A stretch of 48,760 nucleotides of DNA from a bacterium (GCA_037141675.1 JBAXCC010000003.1:1-48760); one strand, 5' to 3'. Counted from the first letter of the stretch, positions 18,201 to 25,700 are shown. Program-made: numbers and translations. The notes: a model not told the origin generated them from the letters alone.

Positions 18201-19925
18201 TTGAGCAGGCTCTGAGAGGATAACTCGATAGGTGGCATTCGTATCCCCTTCGTTATAGGTCAAGTCGGCACGATCCACAACCACCGAGACGTTGGGAGGT
18301 CTGACCGGCGGATTAATGGTTATCGTATGTTCCGGCAGTGTGTATGAACCGCCATCAGCATCCGTAATCGTCAGATTAACCTTGTACTGCCTTGCCGTGG
18401 ACCCGATATTTTTATACGTCTTTTTGGTCTGGCCAGATGCCGTATAGTTCGTCTCCGTAATACGCGCTAGACCATCACCAAAATCCCATGAAAAGATGAT
18501 TCCCTTGGCCAAGTCGGCCGTCACGTCATTCAGATTAAGCCAGTTAAAGGTCAGTTCCGTGTACTCGAACCCAGTAGCTGGAGGAGTCCACTGGACGGTC
18601 GGGGCAACATTGGCAACGTTCAGAATGCCGTCAAAAGATACCTTGTATTTGGCCGTGTTCGTTGCGGCCGGAGTGATAATGACAAATGGATCGGCGGAAC
18701 TCAATGCAGTGCCATCCTTGACGCTAAACTGATACCAACCTGACTCTTCTGCATTTGCGGGAACGGAATATCCACCTGGTTGCGGTCTAATAATGATATT
18801 CGTTGCTGTGCTGGGCTGTATGTCAAACTGAACATAGACGGGGCTGGTGTCTGACTCAGAGAGGACAATTTTGAACTCACCTGAATACAGACCATTCGTT
18901 TCAGATAACGTCTGTGTCGGCAATCCATTCCGGAACAGCAGACTGATCGTCGGATCGGTAGGAGGGTCAATACGGATTACGTTGCTGATAAAGTTCGTAA
19001 CGCCTGTTGCGTTTTTATCATAATCCGAACGGCGCTGCACATAAACCGTTGCATTTGTGGCGATCGCATTGGTGGACAGGCCCCTTATCTGAAAGTCGGC
19101 AAAGCTCGAACCCAATGGTATGGTCATCTCTAGTGCGTTGCCCGGAATAGCACCTACTGGGCCAGAGCCTACTATTTGGAGGACATTCGTTTGAGGTGTC
19201 CAGATCACGACGTTTACATCCGTCAAATTTGTTCCGCCGGTCTGAACACGCCACGTGGTTGCCGGCTGACGTGAGACCAGACTCTGGGGGTTTGAATTAG
19301 CATAATTCAGTGTTTTAATACGAATCTGCTGCCACCAAAGATCTGCATCCCCCTGGACAATATTTTTAGAACTATCCGAATCAATACTTGGATAATCATA
19401 ATAACTGTTTTCAAGTTGCCACGTGACATTATTACTGAAGCTACCGTCCGCATAGGCCTTAAAAAACCAGCATTGGGCTGTGTCAATCACATACAACGGT
19501 TGTAGTGGGGGCAGCGGTTTATAGATTAACAGAGGATCTGCCATATCCCCAGGGCGGACAACATACTCAAAGGTGAAATCTGTACGGCTGAGGGAAGTGA
19601 ACATCCCGTTCACAAATGTCGATCCTACGAGCGTCGCATACGCATCAGAGGAGGTGTCTGAACCGACTTGCATTTTGATCTTCGGCTGCTGATAGATCAC
19701 ATTGAACAGATTCGACACGCCAATCGTTCCATAGAAGCGAACTGTGAATTGCACCTTTGTACCCGGGGTCGTTTTGGTTTGATTCGCAAATGACGACGAA
19801 TAGAACCCGATAATATCCCCTGTAGACGTTTGGGCAAACGCGCCTGTCGCACACATCATGCCACAGGCAACGAGAGGCAGCACCATTTTCTTAATCATAG
19901 TTGTGAACCGTGTTGTTGTATTCAT
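9264..19925 (-). CDS. Giant (~3,553 aa) secreted surface or adhesin-like protein: three Calx-beta-like + PKD-like pairs, many Ca-binding DxDxDG repeats, LamG domain
   Basis: Uninterrupted 10.7-kb ORF. ATG 19925 has a GGAGA RBS, and the signal peptide ends AFA|Q. PKD-like motifs NVAP...WDFGDG...TDADGG; repeated DTDGDGxPDGWE...G.NP motifs; LamG motifs FTVELWVRP, WVHLAA and GWMDEVRVW. Confidence 0.85.
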   Translation of the reverse strand: MNTTTRFTTMIKKMVLPLVACGMMCATGAFAQTSTGDIIGFYSSSFANQTKTTPGTKVQFTVRFYGTIGVSNLFNVIYQQPKIKMQVGSDTSSDAYATLVGSTFVNGMFTSLSRTDFTFEYVVRPGDMADPLLIYKPLPPLQPLYVIDTAQCWFFKAYADGSFSNNVTWQLENSYYDYPSIDSDSSKNIVQGDADLWWQQIRIKTLNYANSNPQSLVSRQPATTWRVQTGGTNLTDVNVVIWTPQTNVLQIVGSGPVGAIPGNALEMTIPLGSSFADFQIRGLSTNAIATNATVYVQRRSDYDKNATGVTNFISNVIRIDPPTDPTISLLFRNGLPTQTLSETNGLYSGEFKIVLSESDTSPVYVQFDIQPSTATNIIIRPQPGGYSVPANAEESGWYQFSVKDGTALSSADPFVIITPAATNTAKYKVSFDGILNVANVAPTVQWTPPATGFEYTELTFNWLNLNDVTADLAKGIIFSWDFGDGLARITETNYTASGQTKKTYKNIGSTARQYKVNLTITDADGGSYTLPEHTITINPPVRPPNVSVVVDRADLTYNEGDTNATYRVILSEPAQQDTYVQLRCQYPDGTPADACLSLATTNILIRQYFTNSTSFEMTLLDGTAATVSGIDIMPTITNAAAQAQYTKAYPGIIIIKNVAPRVDTTPQSQPMTATPISAFNAIEINKPFTFRYNASDVGADMYGAQPISVLFTFPDGTTTNSIGANGTVTKIFTSAYLGIQQVSMTARDKDGGTRTVTFLINVVPALPVPSVTVTGPGVLIPETSTGLYTLTVTLSQTPASAGITDPMIVYLDRTPIDSGLNGAVDIPATQSVTFYSSQTNKTVNFTVMDGTRLSTTSGFTVTPRIDPSNVVAVNTYKDKQPGLVLIQNTAPVIQDPRDQSTNTVATVGQSRAFTWQVLDVDADLPGMTLFWDWGDGTTTTTTGASGTTNHTFNTASPQVTVKVKATDKDGGTSSIIFYVTVKDSKTVIALPIGPNTAGFNGYTFLGTGTIVAPAAATIPDPYSGAPNYFYTFYFGADAMTAQLRAIPDPTPLLYAEGRKSYFFAWDGPLAAFQNTAHVTKPLAPALTIINLPTGTAGTGGGGGTGNTTLNGTMVQVSAIFTLEYDPGDVENPTGVNNGDLNQDGIPDRLVQRYFINPATAAATATALDPVWLLNLRAYNTDEDYLPVYPTGDAQGVMDFRPVPNPNTAANAVAVNAFTAFMEIRGYDGLLGTSDDPLTDPTMLDTDGDGYPDGWEYWFWYQSKINHRTGSRYNPFNIAQGDFIDWPDIQDAFDQNRSRNAYTNARWRDDFDNDGLLDIEELVLGTDPTNWDTDGDLMADGWEILRGLNPCDERDGLLPAQNNPDGDFFAISTVSRQHIQVVVTNTVLVGQVVTTISTNHYLATIDVTGVLSNTLTTAYRYGDDATGPWAVGRSVPVAVLTPANRISSTNELITALIMHFQVRDEKGFDPRTAWVGSVGRFGGYGAGGGAPAGWGYVNSERFGVWVPGNAPNTRPFTSVDEYLLMKFMYENQLNGMVATNNLGWIARVNAAIAANASTRLLVQEAWSRFTTHPCTPDTDASPALSDGVPDGWELYVALPPVPHGVPRPAFGNFINSPWDPNDYAEDIDVNLKPTGDAVTYQCEFWATDSVTPYQNAALYYGGITNSNPMKGVITIQRPAGHADTFWVNKFWPTNPWSPDTDGDSVSDGAERAFIYGNAVDNGGVCIAGGGLNPNSIDTDRDALPDAWENQFAGTPATATGVTTLPPVLPGQPAIAVAMTISNGQDGTVADQYKDVDLDGLASYQEYMTQSIRGYRYDITAVGTTNGMGQVGLPMDITCEIAGLFTEVTNTWDQCHFGWPGPADVLWYMKPAGPNGYCSTDPSNPDSDFDGMDDYYEMYHGLNPLLGNGLRADFLDDRVAYAWLSPGPTIWYDSNYWVTPLAFQMNFVSYPWVNGMPHADPDADGLLNLEEMLAINMPLPENRNTDPSPLWMTDPSNINSITARFYAPYGYTGYKPGGGAIPLYRDMYFWPSTILPYFTFPFEMNEGYDTDKDGISDKDEQVTNRNAKSDPRDSEDPIRRQAIWFSGANSAATTPYMYTDIYSVAGQSFADMEQAFRSFTVELWVRPEWATNRNDQILIERAFNYGQSDAGQVAGLRLRRNFLIGIAADGRVFGGFDNAGGHDEHTDSVRLFGEKIVANTWVHLAARMDGRTQKFTLFVNGVSQGEMSTTLIPATGLDPDRYYPTQSQVYNFVYRLGTLILGAANITPTSLGIDIGSAMTWDASWAPGYYEKFYRGWMDEVRVWDGARSNQEINDNFRKSLTREDIIANRTMILQELNSGASRNALSMNNFLSPILMNYYTFNNLFSAHTNQYVAQVPRGFNSVPVNANRPGGTAAGATVGWWDQCLVKNTVYNNYNYLPWIENVPAHMPRVTALVSTNANATATFLNDNVVSDSIYWTRRAAGTNATQNSFPNSNNPYGFTYNRTNILDTVDLLPIGDAWAKQCVDFWDDQGASGNWLENSGTTDDGLPSWWTTLHGTTGGWNDLYNGTNAYYKLNGMTNGEAYQRDLAKGMLPNAANASDYNDLYVQKADSSGAGLPDWWKRLYGLTIMDKTGDNGPLGDPDKDGLSNYAEYQITELYAFRYSSPLKFKTNPAQPVSDYFLKPTGGKLIYGAMFSDHDFIEDWWEELYSPTAANAYVFDSKTDYDADGWSNWAEARYSQAIAAVRPDQRELVMVNGIREYEFPIPIVDTRLNYKGVQASGNVVIQAFSTPAMDGIVDATWNIAFGQNNVQPNTQPLGFYAAKTIRTHLSPGSVVPNTLRIRLTDSWTGGTSLTGFDMDGVIYSMMVNNVWDPIGTINYITGEMVFDMSYFETVNIILNQATYPAARNSYVDASLSYFEMTYSSKLPTGWPQHIYLGRGATGALKEGKHYFFAFMDVDGNGAWDAGEPAGIPTPFETDIGWDNNPLSIQLTDYTPYNLRLSLTTGLRSEDVIFGTAGNAQGGGGQQAAGGSYQRVRIIRATVQTSSFTAGPVFDKTIFGRDYIHEGDLMTMPVYAGYGLDWGFKGILSPNAVGAIEYKVYVGDLEPYSANTLVATFTNKFDGARAIPTSVLPASGAYVYTARPSFTWSVTSVNGGYNAFAFEMRRGSATGPLVYPITIRQAPLKDTQTGNYVWEAPFYMGDKNVVNNGVYYWRVQLLNSRYSTVNTAAEWSSWKSFRWDVNKPMPAAGTATSENGSSSGYGQLRAMVKYFGAATGLTDRVVLQAFKNRGFTGMPAAQYLYTANQFTSITNMSLSATNAIPMRGLTPDTYYVRAFIDSNTNGVLDVWESWGYGNYYGENKSLYDARPLEVSFSALSPLATVYIEDADTDQDWFPDVYEFEQNPASTNFMELTGPNDGWYTRGDTEINPSLTTTNDASGFMRVMLSMASGSSAQQAAIFNLAVDGSSSTTSDAVTIQKLVFVPSGATLNWDLTPAQTTTSTFLALFQMASGAQSSAAPKSYTYNVKYSESLATPRSEWRTVQSTTSSENGSMRSTVTDADVTGMTGFFYIEVVPNY

Positions 19926-19972
19926 TCTGTTTCTCCAATTTAGATTGCTCAAATAAAACAAAAATCCGTGTA

Positions 19973-20494
19973 TTACTTTTTCTCTGCCGTCTTAGTCTTG
20001 GTCTCTGAGGCGCCATCAATAGCCTTTGCTTTTCCTTCAGCAACAGCCTGCTGCGCACGTACCTCTTCCTGCATACGCTGTCTGATTAAATTCTGAGCCT
20101 GCTGCATTGTGGCATTCGCGGCTGCCTCCAGTTTCTTGGACTGTTCGGAAAGCGAAGTCCACTCTGAATCAGCCACAAGCGCCTTCGTCAGCGCTTCAGT
20201 CGTTGCATCAGCCGGAAGCATACCTCGTACGCGCGTCACGCACTGTGTCATCTTCATTGAGACAGCCAGGCGTGCGTGACCGTCCTGGACTTGCTGTTGG
20301 CGATTGGTCATGAGTGAGGAGATATATTTTTTATCATTCGCACGATTCGTATACACCTCATCTTGCTTAATTATTTCTTTGCGCTTGCTGCATCCGGCAA
20401 GCACCACAATCGCTAAAATAACGAGCACTGATTGCCCGACAAACCATTTAACTTGGCTTACATTATACATTGTCTGCTTACACGCACACCGCAT
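19973..20494 (-). CDS. Hypothetical alpha-helical (coiled-coil) lipoprotein
   Basis: Hydrophobic stretch with an LAG|C lipobox and a Q/A/E/K-rich helical body. It ends 47 nt before the giant gene. Alternative start at ATG 20470. Confidence 0.75.
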   Translation of the reverse strand: MRCACKQTMYNVSQVKWFVGQSVLVILAIVVLAGCSKRKEIIKQDEVYTNRANDKKYISSLMTNRQQQVQDGHARLAVSMKMTQCVTRVRGMLPADATTEALTKALVADSEWTSLSEQSKKLEAAANATMQQAQNLIRQRMQEEVRAQQAVAEGKAKAIDGASETKTKTAEKK

Positions 20495-20572
20495 AAAGCT
20501 ATCTCTTCCTTAAGTAAAAAGGACACTCCTTCACCCTATTCGGGGCGAAAGACACTACACAAAAGTTTCAAT

Positions 20573-20602
20573 ATCATACCATGACCCTAATGCTGTAAAC
20601 AA
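20573..20602 (-). promoter_or_regulatory. Candidate sigma70 promoter for the lipoprotein/giant-protein cassette
   Basis: Minus strand reads TTGTTT-N18-TATGAT with an extended -10 (TGgTATGAT), in an AT-rich divergent region. Confidence 0.4.
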
Positions 20603-20627
20603 GGCAAAAAATGGGTTTTTTTTTGCA

Positions 20628-20656
20628 TTGACTAAAACGATTTAACCTGTGAAAAT
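20628..20656 (+). promoter_or_regulatory. Candidate sigma70 promoter for mutS
   Basis: TTGACT (20628-20633), a 17-nt spacer ending TGT, then GAAAAT (20651-20656), 8 nt before the ATG. Confidence 0.5.
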
Positions 20657-20664
20657 TCGCACGT

Positions 20665-23163
20665 ATGGCTTCTGAAGAACTCACACCTATGATGCGGCAA
20701 TATCGGCGAATCAAATCCGAACTTCCGGAGGGCGTTATCCTCCTTTTTCGTCTCGGCGACTTTTATGAGATGTTTTTTGAGGACGCACGTGCCGCTGCCC
20801 CTATTCTCGGTGTTGCGTTGACACAACGCGCTGGAACCCCCATGTGCGGTGTCCCCTACCATGCTATTGACGCCTATCTTGCCAAGCTTATCCGCGCAGG
20901 GAAAAAAGCGGCCATCTGCGACCAAATGGAAGACCCCGCACAAGCCAAAGGAATCGTCCGCCGGGAGGTCACCCGAGTGATCACGCCCGGCACCGTGACG
21001 GAGGACGAAATCCTTGATGCTTCCCGCAATAATTTTTTAGCATCCCTGTATGCCGTTAATACGGACATTGGTCTTGCGCTTCTCGACCTCTCAACCGGCG
21101 TATTTATGGCGGAAATCCTGCCTGACATCCCCTCGCTTATGGAGGCCTTGAAGCGCTACGCCCCGAGCGAGTGCCTGGTCGGCCAGACACAACGTTCCGA
21201 CCCCCGCCTTTCCGAAATCCTTATACCCTCCATTGCGGGCGCCGTAACGGACATTGATGACTGGACACTGGAGTATGATTGCGCTTATGACCGGCTCCTA
21301 CGCCATTTCAAGGTCCACTCTCTCCAGGGATACGGGTGCGAGAGCGTCCCAGCGCTCGTCTGTCCGGCTGGCGCGCTTATACAGTATGTCTGCGAGCAAC
21401 TTCACCATAACGCCGGACACATCCGATCCCTCCAGGTCCGCCATTCTGCCCATTTTCTGATGCTGGATGACAACACCTGCGGTAACCTCGATCTCGTCCC
21501 TCAACGGGGTAAAGCCAAGGAGCATACGCTTCTGGGTGTCTTGGATAACACCCTGACGCCCATGGGCGCACGCCTGCTCCGCTCCTGGCTCGTCCGTCCG
21601 CTACGCCAACAGGCTGAGATCCACGCCCGTTTGGATACGGTTGAGTTTTTTACACGTAACCGTATTGTTTTAAATAGCTTACGTGAAAAATTTGCGAGCG
21701 TCCGTGACTTAGAGCGTTTGATATCCAGAATTGACGCCAATCGATGTAATGGCCGTGATGTCAAGGCGTTAGAGGGTTCTCTCCTCCCGATGCCCGAAAT
21801 CCGAGACTGCATGGTGAAAACCGGAAATGCACTGCTTTCAGAGCTATCAAACCGTATCCACCCCCTTCCGGAACTCGTGGATTTGATCCACGCAGCCATC
21901 GATGATTCGCCTGCCATCGGACTCAAGGACGGCGGCATTATTCGGCAGGGCTATAATCGGGAATTGGACGAATTCCGGGCTTTAGCCTCGGAAGGACATG
22001 CCTGGCTCGCCAAGTACCAAGCCTCGGAACAAGACCGGACAGGTATTAAGACCCTCAAGGTGCGCCACAACAAGATTTTTGGCTTTTATATCGAAATTTC
22101 TAAGGGGCAAGCGGCCTCCGCACCCCCGGAATACGAACGCCGCCAGACGCTCGTCAATGCGGAGCGCTTTATCACCCCAGAACTTAAGACGTACGAGCAG
22201 AAGATCTTCGGTGCCCAGGATAAGGCCGTTGCCATGGAATTTGAGCTCTTCTGCGAAATTCGTGAGAAAATAGCCACCCATACCGCAGAAATCCAGGAAA
22301 CTGCCGATGCGCTGGCGCAACTCGATGTGCTTGCTTCGTTCGCAGACCGGGCGCTCGCGCTTGGATATGTACGGCCTGAAATGACAGTGGAGGACACCTT
22401 AATCATTAAGGAAGGACGCCACCCCGTCATTGAACAGCTTCCCGACGCCGAACAGTTCGTCCCGAATGATGCGCTGCTTGATTGTACGCAGAACCAGATC
22501 ATGCTGATCACCGGGCCCAACATGGCTGGCAAGTCCACCTATATCCGCCAAGTTGCGCTGATCGCGATCATGGCGCACCTGGGCTCCTTTGTCCCCGCCC
22601 GCGCTGCGAAGATCAGCCTCCTTGACCGTGTCTTTACACGCGTCGGCGCCGGCGATGACCTCGCACGAGGGCGCAGTACTTTTATGGTGGAGATGCAGGA
22701 GACGGCGAACATCCTGAACAACGCGACTGAAAAGAGCCTCATCGTGCTCGATGAAATCGGACGCGGGACCAGTACCTTCGATGGCATCAGCATCGCGTGG
22801 GCTGTCGCGGAATATCTGCACAATATTCCCCGCGTCAAGGCCAAGACGCTCTTTGCCACACATTATCATGAACTGACCGATCTGGCCATCACCATGAGCG
22901 GCGTCAAGAACTACACCGTCCAGGTACGCGAACATGGAGACAGTGTGGTCTTCCTGCGCCGCATCGCGCCAGGCACAGCTGACAAGAGTTATGGCATTCA
23001 CGTCGCACGCCTTGCCGGCATGCCAGATGAAGTAATCAATCGCTCAAATGAAATTTTAGCCAACCTCGAAGAGGGCGAACTCGAGGCTGGCCTGCCCAAG
23101 CTCGCCAAACCTCCGTCAAAAAAGAAAAACCAATCACCCACAAATCAATTAACCCTCTTTTAG
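20665..23163 (+). CDS. mutS: DNA mismatch repair protein MutS
   Basis: TPMMRQY, FRLGDFYEMF, ITGPNMAGKST, STFMVEM, DEIGRGTSTFDG, LFATHYHEL and SYGIHVARLAG. Confidence 0.99.
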   Translation: MASEELTPMMRQYRRIKSELPEGVILLFRLGDFYEMFFEDARAAAPILGVALTQRAGTPMCGVPYHAIDAYLAKLIRAGKKAAICDQMEDPAQAKGIVRREVTRVITPGTVTEDEILDASRNNFLASLYAVNTDIGLALLDLSTGVFMAEILPDIPSLMEALKRYAPSECLVGQTQRSDPRLSEILIPSIAGAVTDIDDWTLEYDCAYDRLLRHFKVHSLQGYGCESVPALVCPAGALIQYVCEQLHHNAGHIRSLQVRHSAHFLMLDDNTCGNLDLVPQRGKAKEHTLLGVLDNTLTPMGARLLRSWLVRPLRQQAEIHARLDTVEFFTRNRIVLNSLREKFASVRDLERLISRIDANRCNGRDVKALEGSLLPMPEIRDCMVKTGNALLSELSNRIHPLPELVDLIHAAIDDSPAIGLKDGGIIRQGYNRELDEFRALASEGHAWLAKYQASEQDRTGIKTLKVRHNKIFGFYIEISKGQAASAPPEYERRQTLVNAERFITPELKTYEQKIFGAQDKAVAMEFELFCEIREKIATHTAEIQETADALAQLDVLASFADRALALGYVRPEMTVEDTLIIKEGRHPVIEQLPDAEQFVPNDALLDCTQNQIMLITGPNMAGKSTYIRQVALIAIMAHLGSFVPARAAKISLLDRVFTRVGAGDDLARGRSTFMVEMQETANILNNATEKSLIVLDEIGRGTSTFDGISIAWAVAEYLHNIPRVKAKTLFATHYHELTDLAITMSGVKNYTVQVREHGDSVVFLRRIAPGTADKSYGIHVARLAGMPDEVINRSNEILANLEEGELEAGLPKLAKPPSKKKNQSPTNQLTLF

Positions 23164-23188
23164 TATGGGCAGGGCCCTGTCCCTGCCC
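23163..23188. repeat. Short REP-like hairpin
   Basis: GTAT-GGGCAGGG-CCCTGT-CCCTGCCC: a perfect 8-bp stem after a GTAG-like tetramer, with no U-tract. Confidence 0.5.
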
Positions 23189-23208
23189 CTTTAGAAAGGA
23201 AAACCACA

Positions 23209-24090
23209 ATGCCAGCAGCAATTCTCGACGGCAAGCAACTTGCCGCAACCATGAGAACAGATATCGCAAAGCAAGTAGCGGAACTCAAGGCCAAGAAGGG
23301 CATCACGCCCGGCCTTGGAGTGATCCTCATCGGAGTCGACCCCGCATCCACCTCCTACGTAACAGCCAAGGAAAAGGCCTGCGAGGAGGCCGGCATGCAC
23401 TCAGAGGATGTGCGCGTGCCCGCGACAACCACACAGGAGGAGGCCCTAGCCCTCGTCCAGAAGATGAATGCCGACCCGCGCATTCACGGCATTCTCGTGC
23501 AACTTCCGCTTCCGAAACATATCGATGAAGCCGCCGTCATTAACGCCATCGCACCGGAGAAGGATGTGGATGGCTTCACACCGATCAATGTAGGCCGCAT
23601 GATGATTGGCGAGACCTGCTTCCTGCCCTGCACGCCGCACGGTATCATCCAAATGCTGATCAGCGCAGGCATCGAGACCTCCGGCAAACATGCGGTCGTC
23701 ATCGGACGCAGCAACATCGTGGGCAAGCCCGTTGCGCATCTCTTAATGCGCAAGGCGAAAGGCGGTAACGCCACTGTGACTGTCTGCCATACCGGCACTA
23801 AAGACTTGTCCGCCTTCACCCGGCAAGCGGATATTCTGGTGGTTGCCGCAGGCCGTCCGAACACGGTCACGGGCGATATGATCAAGCCTGGCGCCGTCGT
23901 CATCGATGTCGGCGTAAACCGCATTCCAGATGCCACCAAGAAAAACGGCTTCCGTCTTGTCGGCGATGTCGACTTCGATTCCGCCGCACAGGTGGCCTCG
24001 CTGATTACACCTGTTCCGGGCGGCGTCGGTCCCATGACCATTACCATGCTGCTTTATAACACCCTCGAATCCGCCTCGCGCATGAAATAA
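23209..24090 (+). CDS. folD: Methylenetetrahydrofolate dehydrogenase/cyclohydrolase FolD
   Basis: [30 protein letters not shown] and [11 protein letters not shown]. Confidence 0.98.
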   Translation: MPAAILDGKQLAATMRTDIAKQVAELKAKKGITPGLGVILIGVDPASTSYVTAKEKACEEAGMHSEDVRVPATTTQEEALALVQKMNADPRIHGILVQLPLPKHIDEAAVINAIAPEKDVDGFTPINVGRMMIGETCFLPCTPHGIIQMLISAGIETSGKHAVVIGRSNIVGKPVAHLLMRKAKGGNATVTVCHTGTKDLSAFTRQADILVVAAGRPNTVTGDMIKPGAVVIDVGVNRIPDATKKNGFRLVGDVDFDSAAQVASLITPVPGGVGPMTITMLLYNTLESASRMK

Positions 24091-24094
24091 TAGT

Positions 24095-24493
24095 ATGAAA
24101 ACAATCAATACCCCCACCGCCCCCGCAGCCATCGGCCCTTATGCACAGGCCATTGAAGTCAACGGCCTAGTCTTTTGCTCAGGACAACTCCCGATTAACC
24201 CGGCGACCGGCACGATCGAAGTTGCCGGACCTGCGGAACAAACCATGCAAGTGCTCCTCAACCTCCGCGCTGTCCTTGATGCAGCGGGCTCAAGCTTGAG
24301 TAAAGTCGTGAAGACAACGGTCTTCCTCACCGACATGGGTGAGTTTCCCTTCATGAACAAAGTGTATGAGGAAATGTTTGCAGGTCACAAACCTGCGCGC
24401 GCAACCGTTGAAGTGTCTCGCCTCCCCAAGAACGCCCGCGTTGAAATCGAGGCCATCGCTGTTGCCGCCGAGCCGCATTATTGCAGCATATAG
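24095..24493 (+). CDS. ridA: RidA family reactive-intermediate deaminase
   Basis: APAAIGPYAQA, FCSGQ, VVKTTVFL, PARATV and VEIEAIA. Confidence 0.93.
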   Translation: MKTINTPTAPAAIGPYAQAIEVNGLVFCSGQLPINPATGTIEVAGPAEQTMQVLLNLRAVLDAAGSSLSKVVKTTVFLTDMGEFPFMNKVYEEMFAGHKPARATVEVSRLPKNARVEIEAIAVAAEPHYCSI

Positions 24494-24499
24494 CACTAA

Positions 24500-25072
24500 A
24501 TGAAACGCTTATTTGACATTGCACTCACGCTTCTCACTGCAGCGCTGTGGTTGCCATTATTGGCGCTGGTGGCCTTCGTAGTGTTTATCGTTATGGGGGC
24601 CCCCGTTCTCTTTGTGCAAGATCGTCCTGGCTTGAAAGGAAATATCTTTCGGCTATTCAAATTTCGCACCATGCGTTTGGGCGATGCCCCGGATGCCGAA
24701 CGTCTGACGCGCACCGGACGTTTCCTGCGCGCCACAAGCCTCGATGAACTGCCGGAACTTATAAATGTGCTGAAGGGTGACATGTCGCTTGTAGGTCCAC
24801 GCCCCCTGCTTGTACGCTATTTGTCGCGCTACACGACTGAGCAGATGCGCCGCCACGACGTACGTCCCGGTCTGACAGGATGGGCGCAAATCAATGGGCG
24901 CAACGCGATTACATGGGAGCAGAAATTCGCTTATGATGTCTGGTACGTTGACCATCGGACGTTGTGGCTTGATCTAAAAATTATGGGGCTCACCGTTTGG
25001 TGTGTCTTGACGCATCAAGGCATCAGTGCAGAGGGCGAAGCCACAATGGGTGAATTCAGGGGAGTGAAATGA
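24500..25072 (+). CDS. Undecaprenyl-phosphate phosphoglycosyl transferase (PglC/EpsL-like)
   Basis: MKRLFD, KFRTM, LRATSLDELP, GDMSLVGPRP, RPGLTGWAQING and DVWYVD: a small monotopic PGT. Confidence 0.93.
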   Translation: MKRLFDIALTLLTAALWLPLLALVAFVVFIVMGAPVLFVQDRPGLKGNIFRLFKFRTMRLGDAPDAERLTRTGRFLRATSLDELPELINVLKGDMSLVGPRPLLVRYLSRYTTEQMRRHDVRPGLTGWAQINGRNAITWEQKFAYDVWYVDHRTLWLDLKIMGLTVWCVLTHQGISAEGEATMGEFRGVK

Positions 25073-25689
25073 AAAAAATCATCATCATCGGCGCAAGCGG
25101 TTTCGGCAAGGAAATCGCATGGGTTATTGACCGCATGAATCATGCGGGTTGTGAATTGGGCCTGATCGGTTTTTGTGATGATGCCCCTAATAAGCAAAGG
25201 GGATCCTTTGCGGGGTTTCCTCTTCTTGGGAGATTGGAGGATGCCGCCGCGCAACTGCCTGGCTCGCGCTTCATCTGCGCCATCGGCAATAATCGCGCAC
25301 GTCAATCCGTTGTCGCGCGCGCTGAAGCTGCTGGGTTTCTCCCTCACTCCATTATTGATCCCTCTGCTACAATCGCGCCTGACACGACGATTGGCAAAGG
25401 TTCGTTCATCGGCATCAGTAGCATTGTCTCGACAGGCGCTGTCATTGGCTGTCATGTCATCGTGAATCACCAAGCCTGCGTTGGTCATGATGTGACCATT
25501 GCTGATTTCGCCCAAGTCTGTCCTGGCGCCCGCATCTCCGGTGGCTGTGACATCGGAGAAGGCGCACTCCTCGGAACAAATGCAGCAACGATTCCGCTCA
25601 TCAAAATGGGGGCGTGGTCCACGCTCGGCGCCGGTACGACCGCCTTGACCAGCATCCCCGACTATACAACCCTTGCCCGCTTGAAATAG
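25069..25689 (+). CDS. Sugar N-acetyltransferase (PglD/NeuD/EpsM-like)
   Basis: IIGASGFG Rossmann-like N-domain, AIGNN.R and hexapeptide repeats including VGHD. ATGA overlap with the upstream gene. Confidence 0.92.
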   Translation: MKKIIIIGASGFGKEIAWVIDRMNHAGCELGLIGFCDDAPNKQRGSFAGFPLLGRLEDAAAQLPGSRFICAIGNNRARQSVVARAEAAGFLPHSIIDPSATIAPDTTIGKGSFIGISSIVSTGAVIGCHVIVNHQACVGHDVTIADFAQVCPGARISGGCDIGEGALLGTNAATIPLIKMGAWSTLGAGTTALTSIPDYTTLARLK

Positions 25690-25700
25690 CTGCTATTGTT

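Noticed and set aside
4438-19925. Giant protein and M6 protease as PEP-CTERM/VPDSG substrates of the nearby exosortase
   Set aside because: Neither ends in a motif plus TM helix plus basic cluster. I found no such substrate in the window.
4382-20620. The 16-kb cassette as a mobile genomic island
   Set aside because: No integrase, transposase, tRNA or flanking direct repeats were seen.
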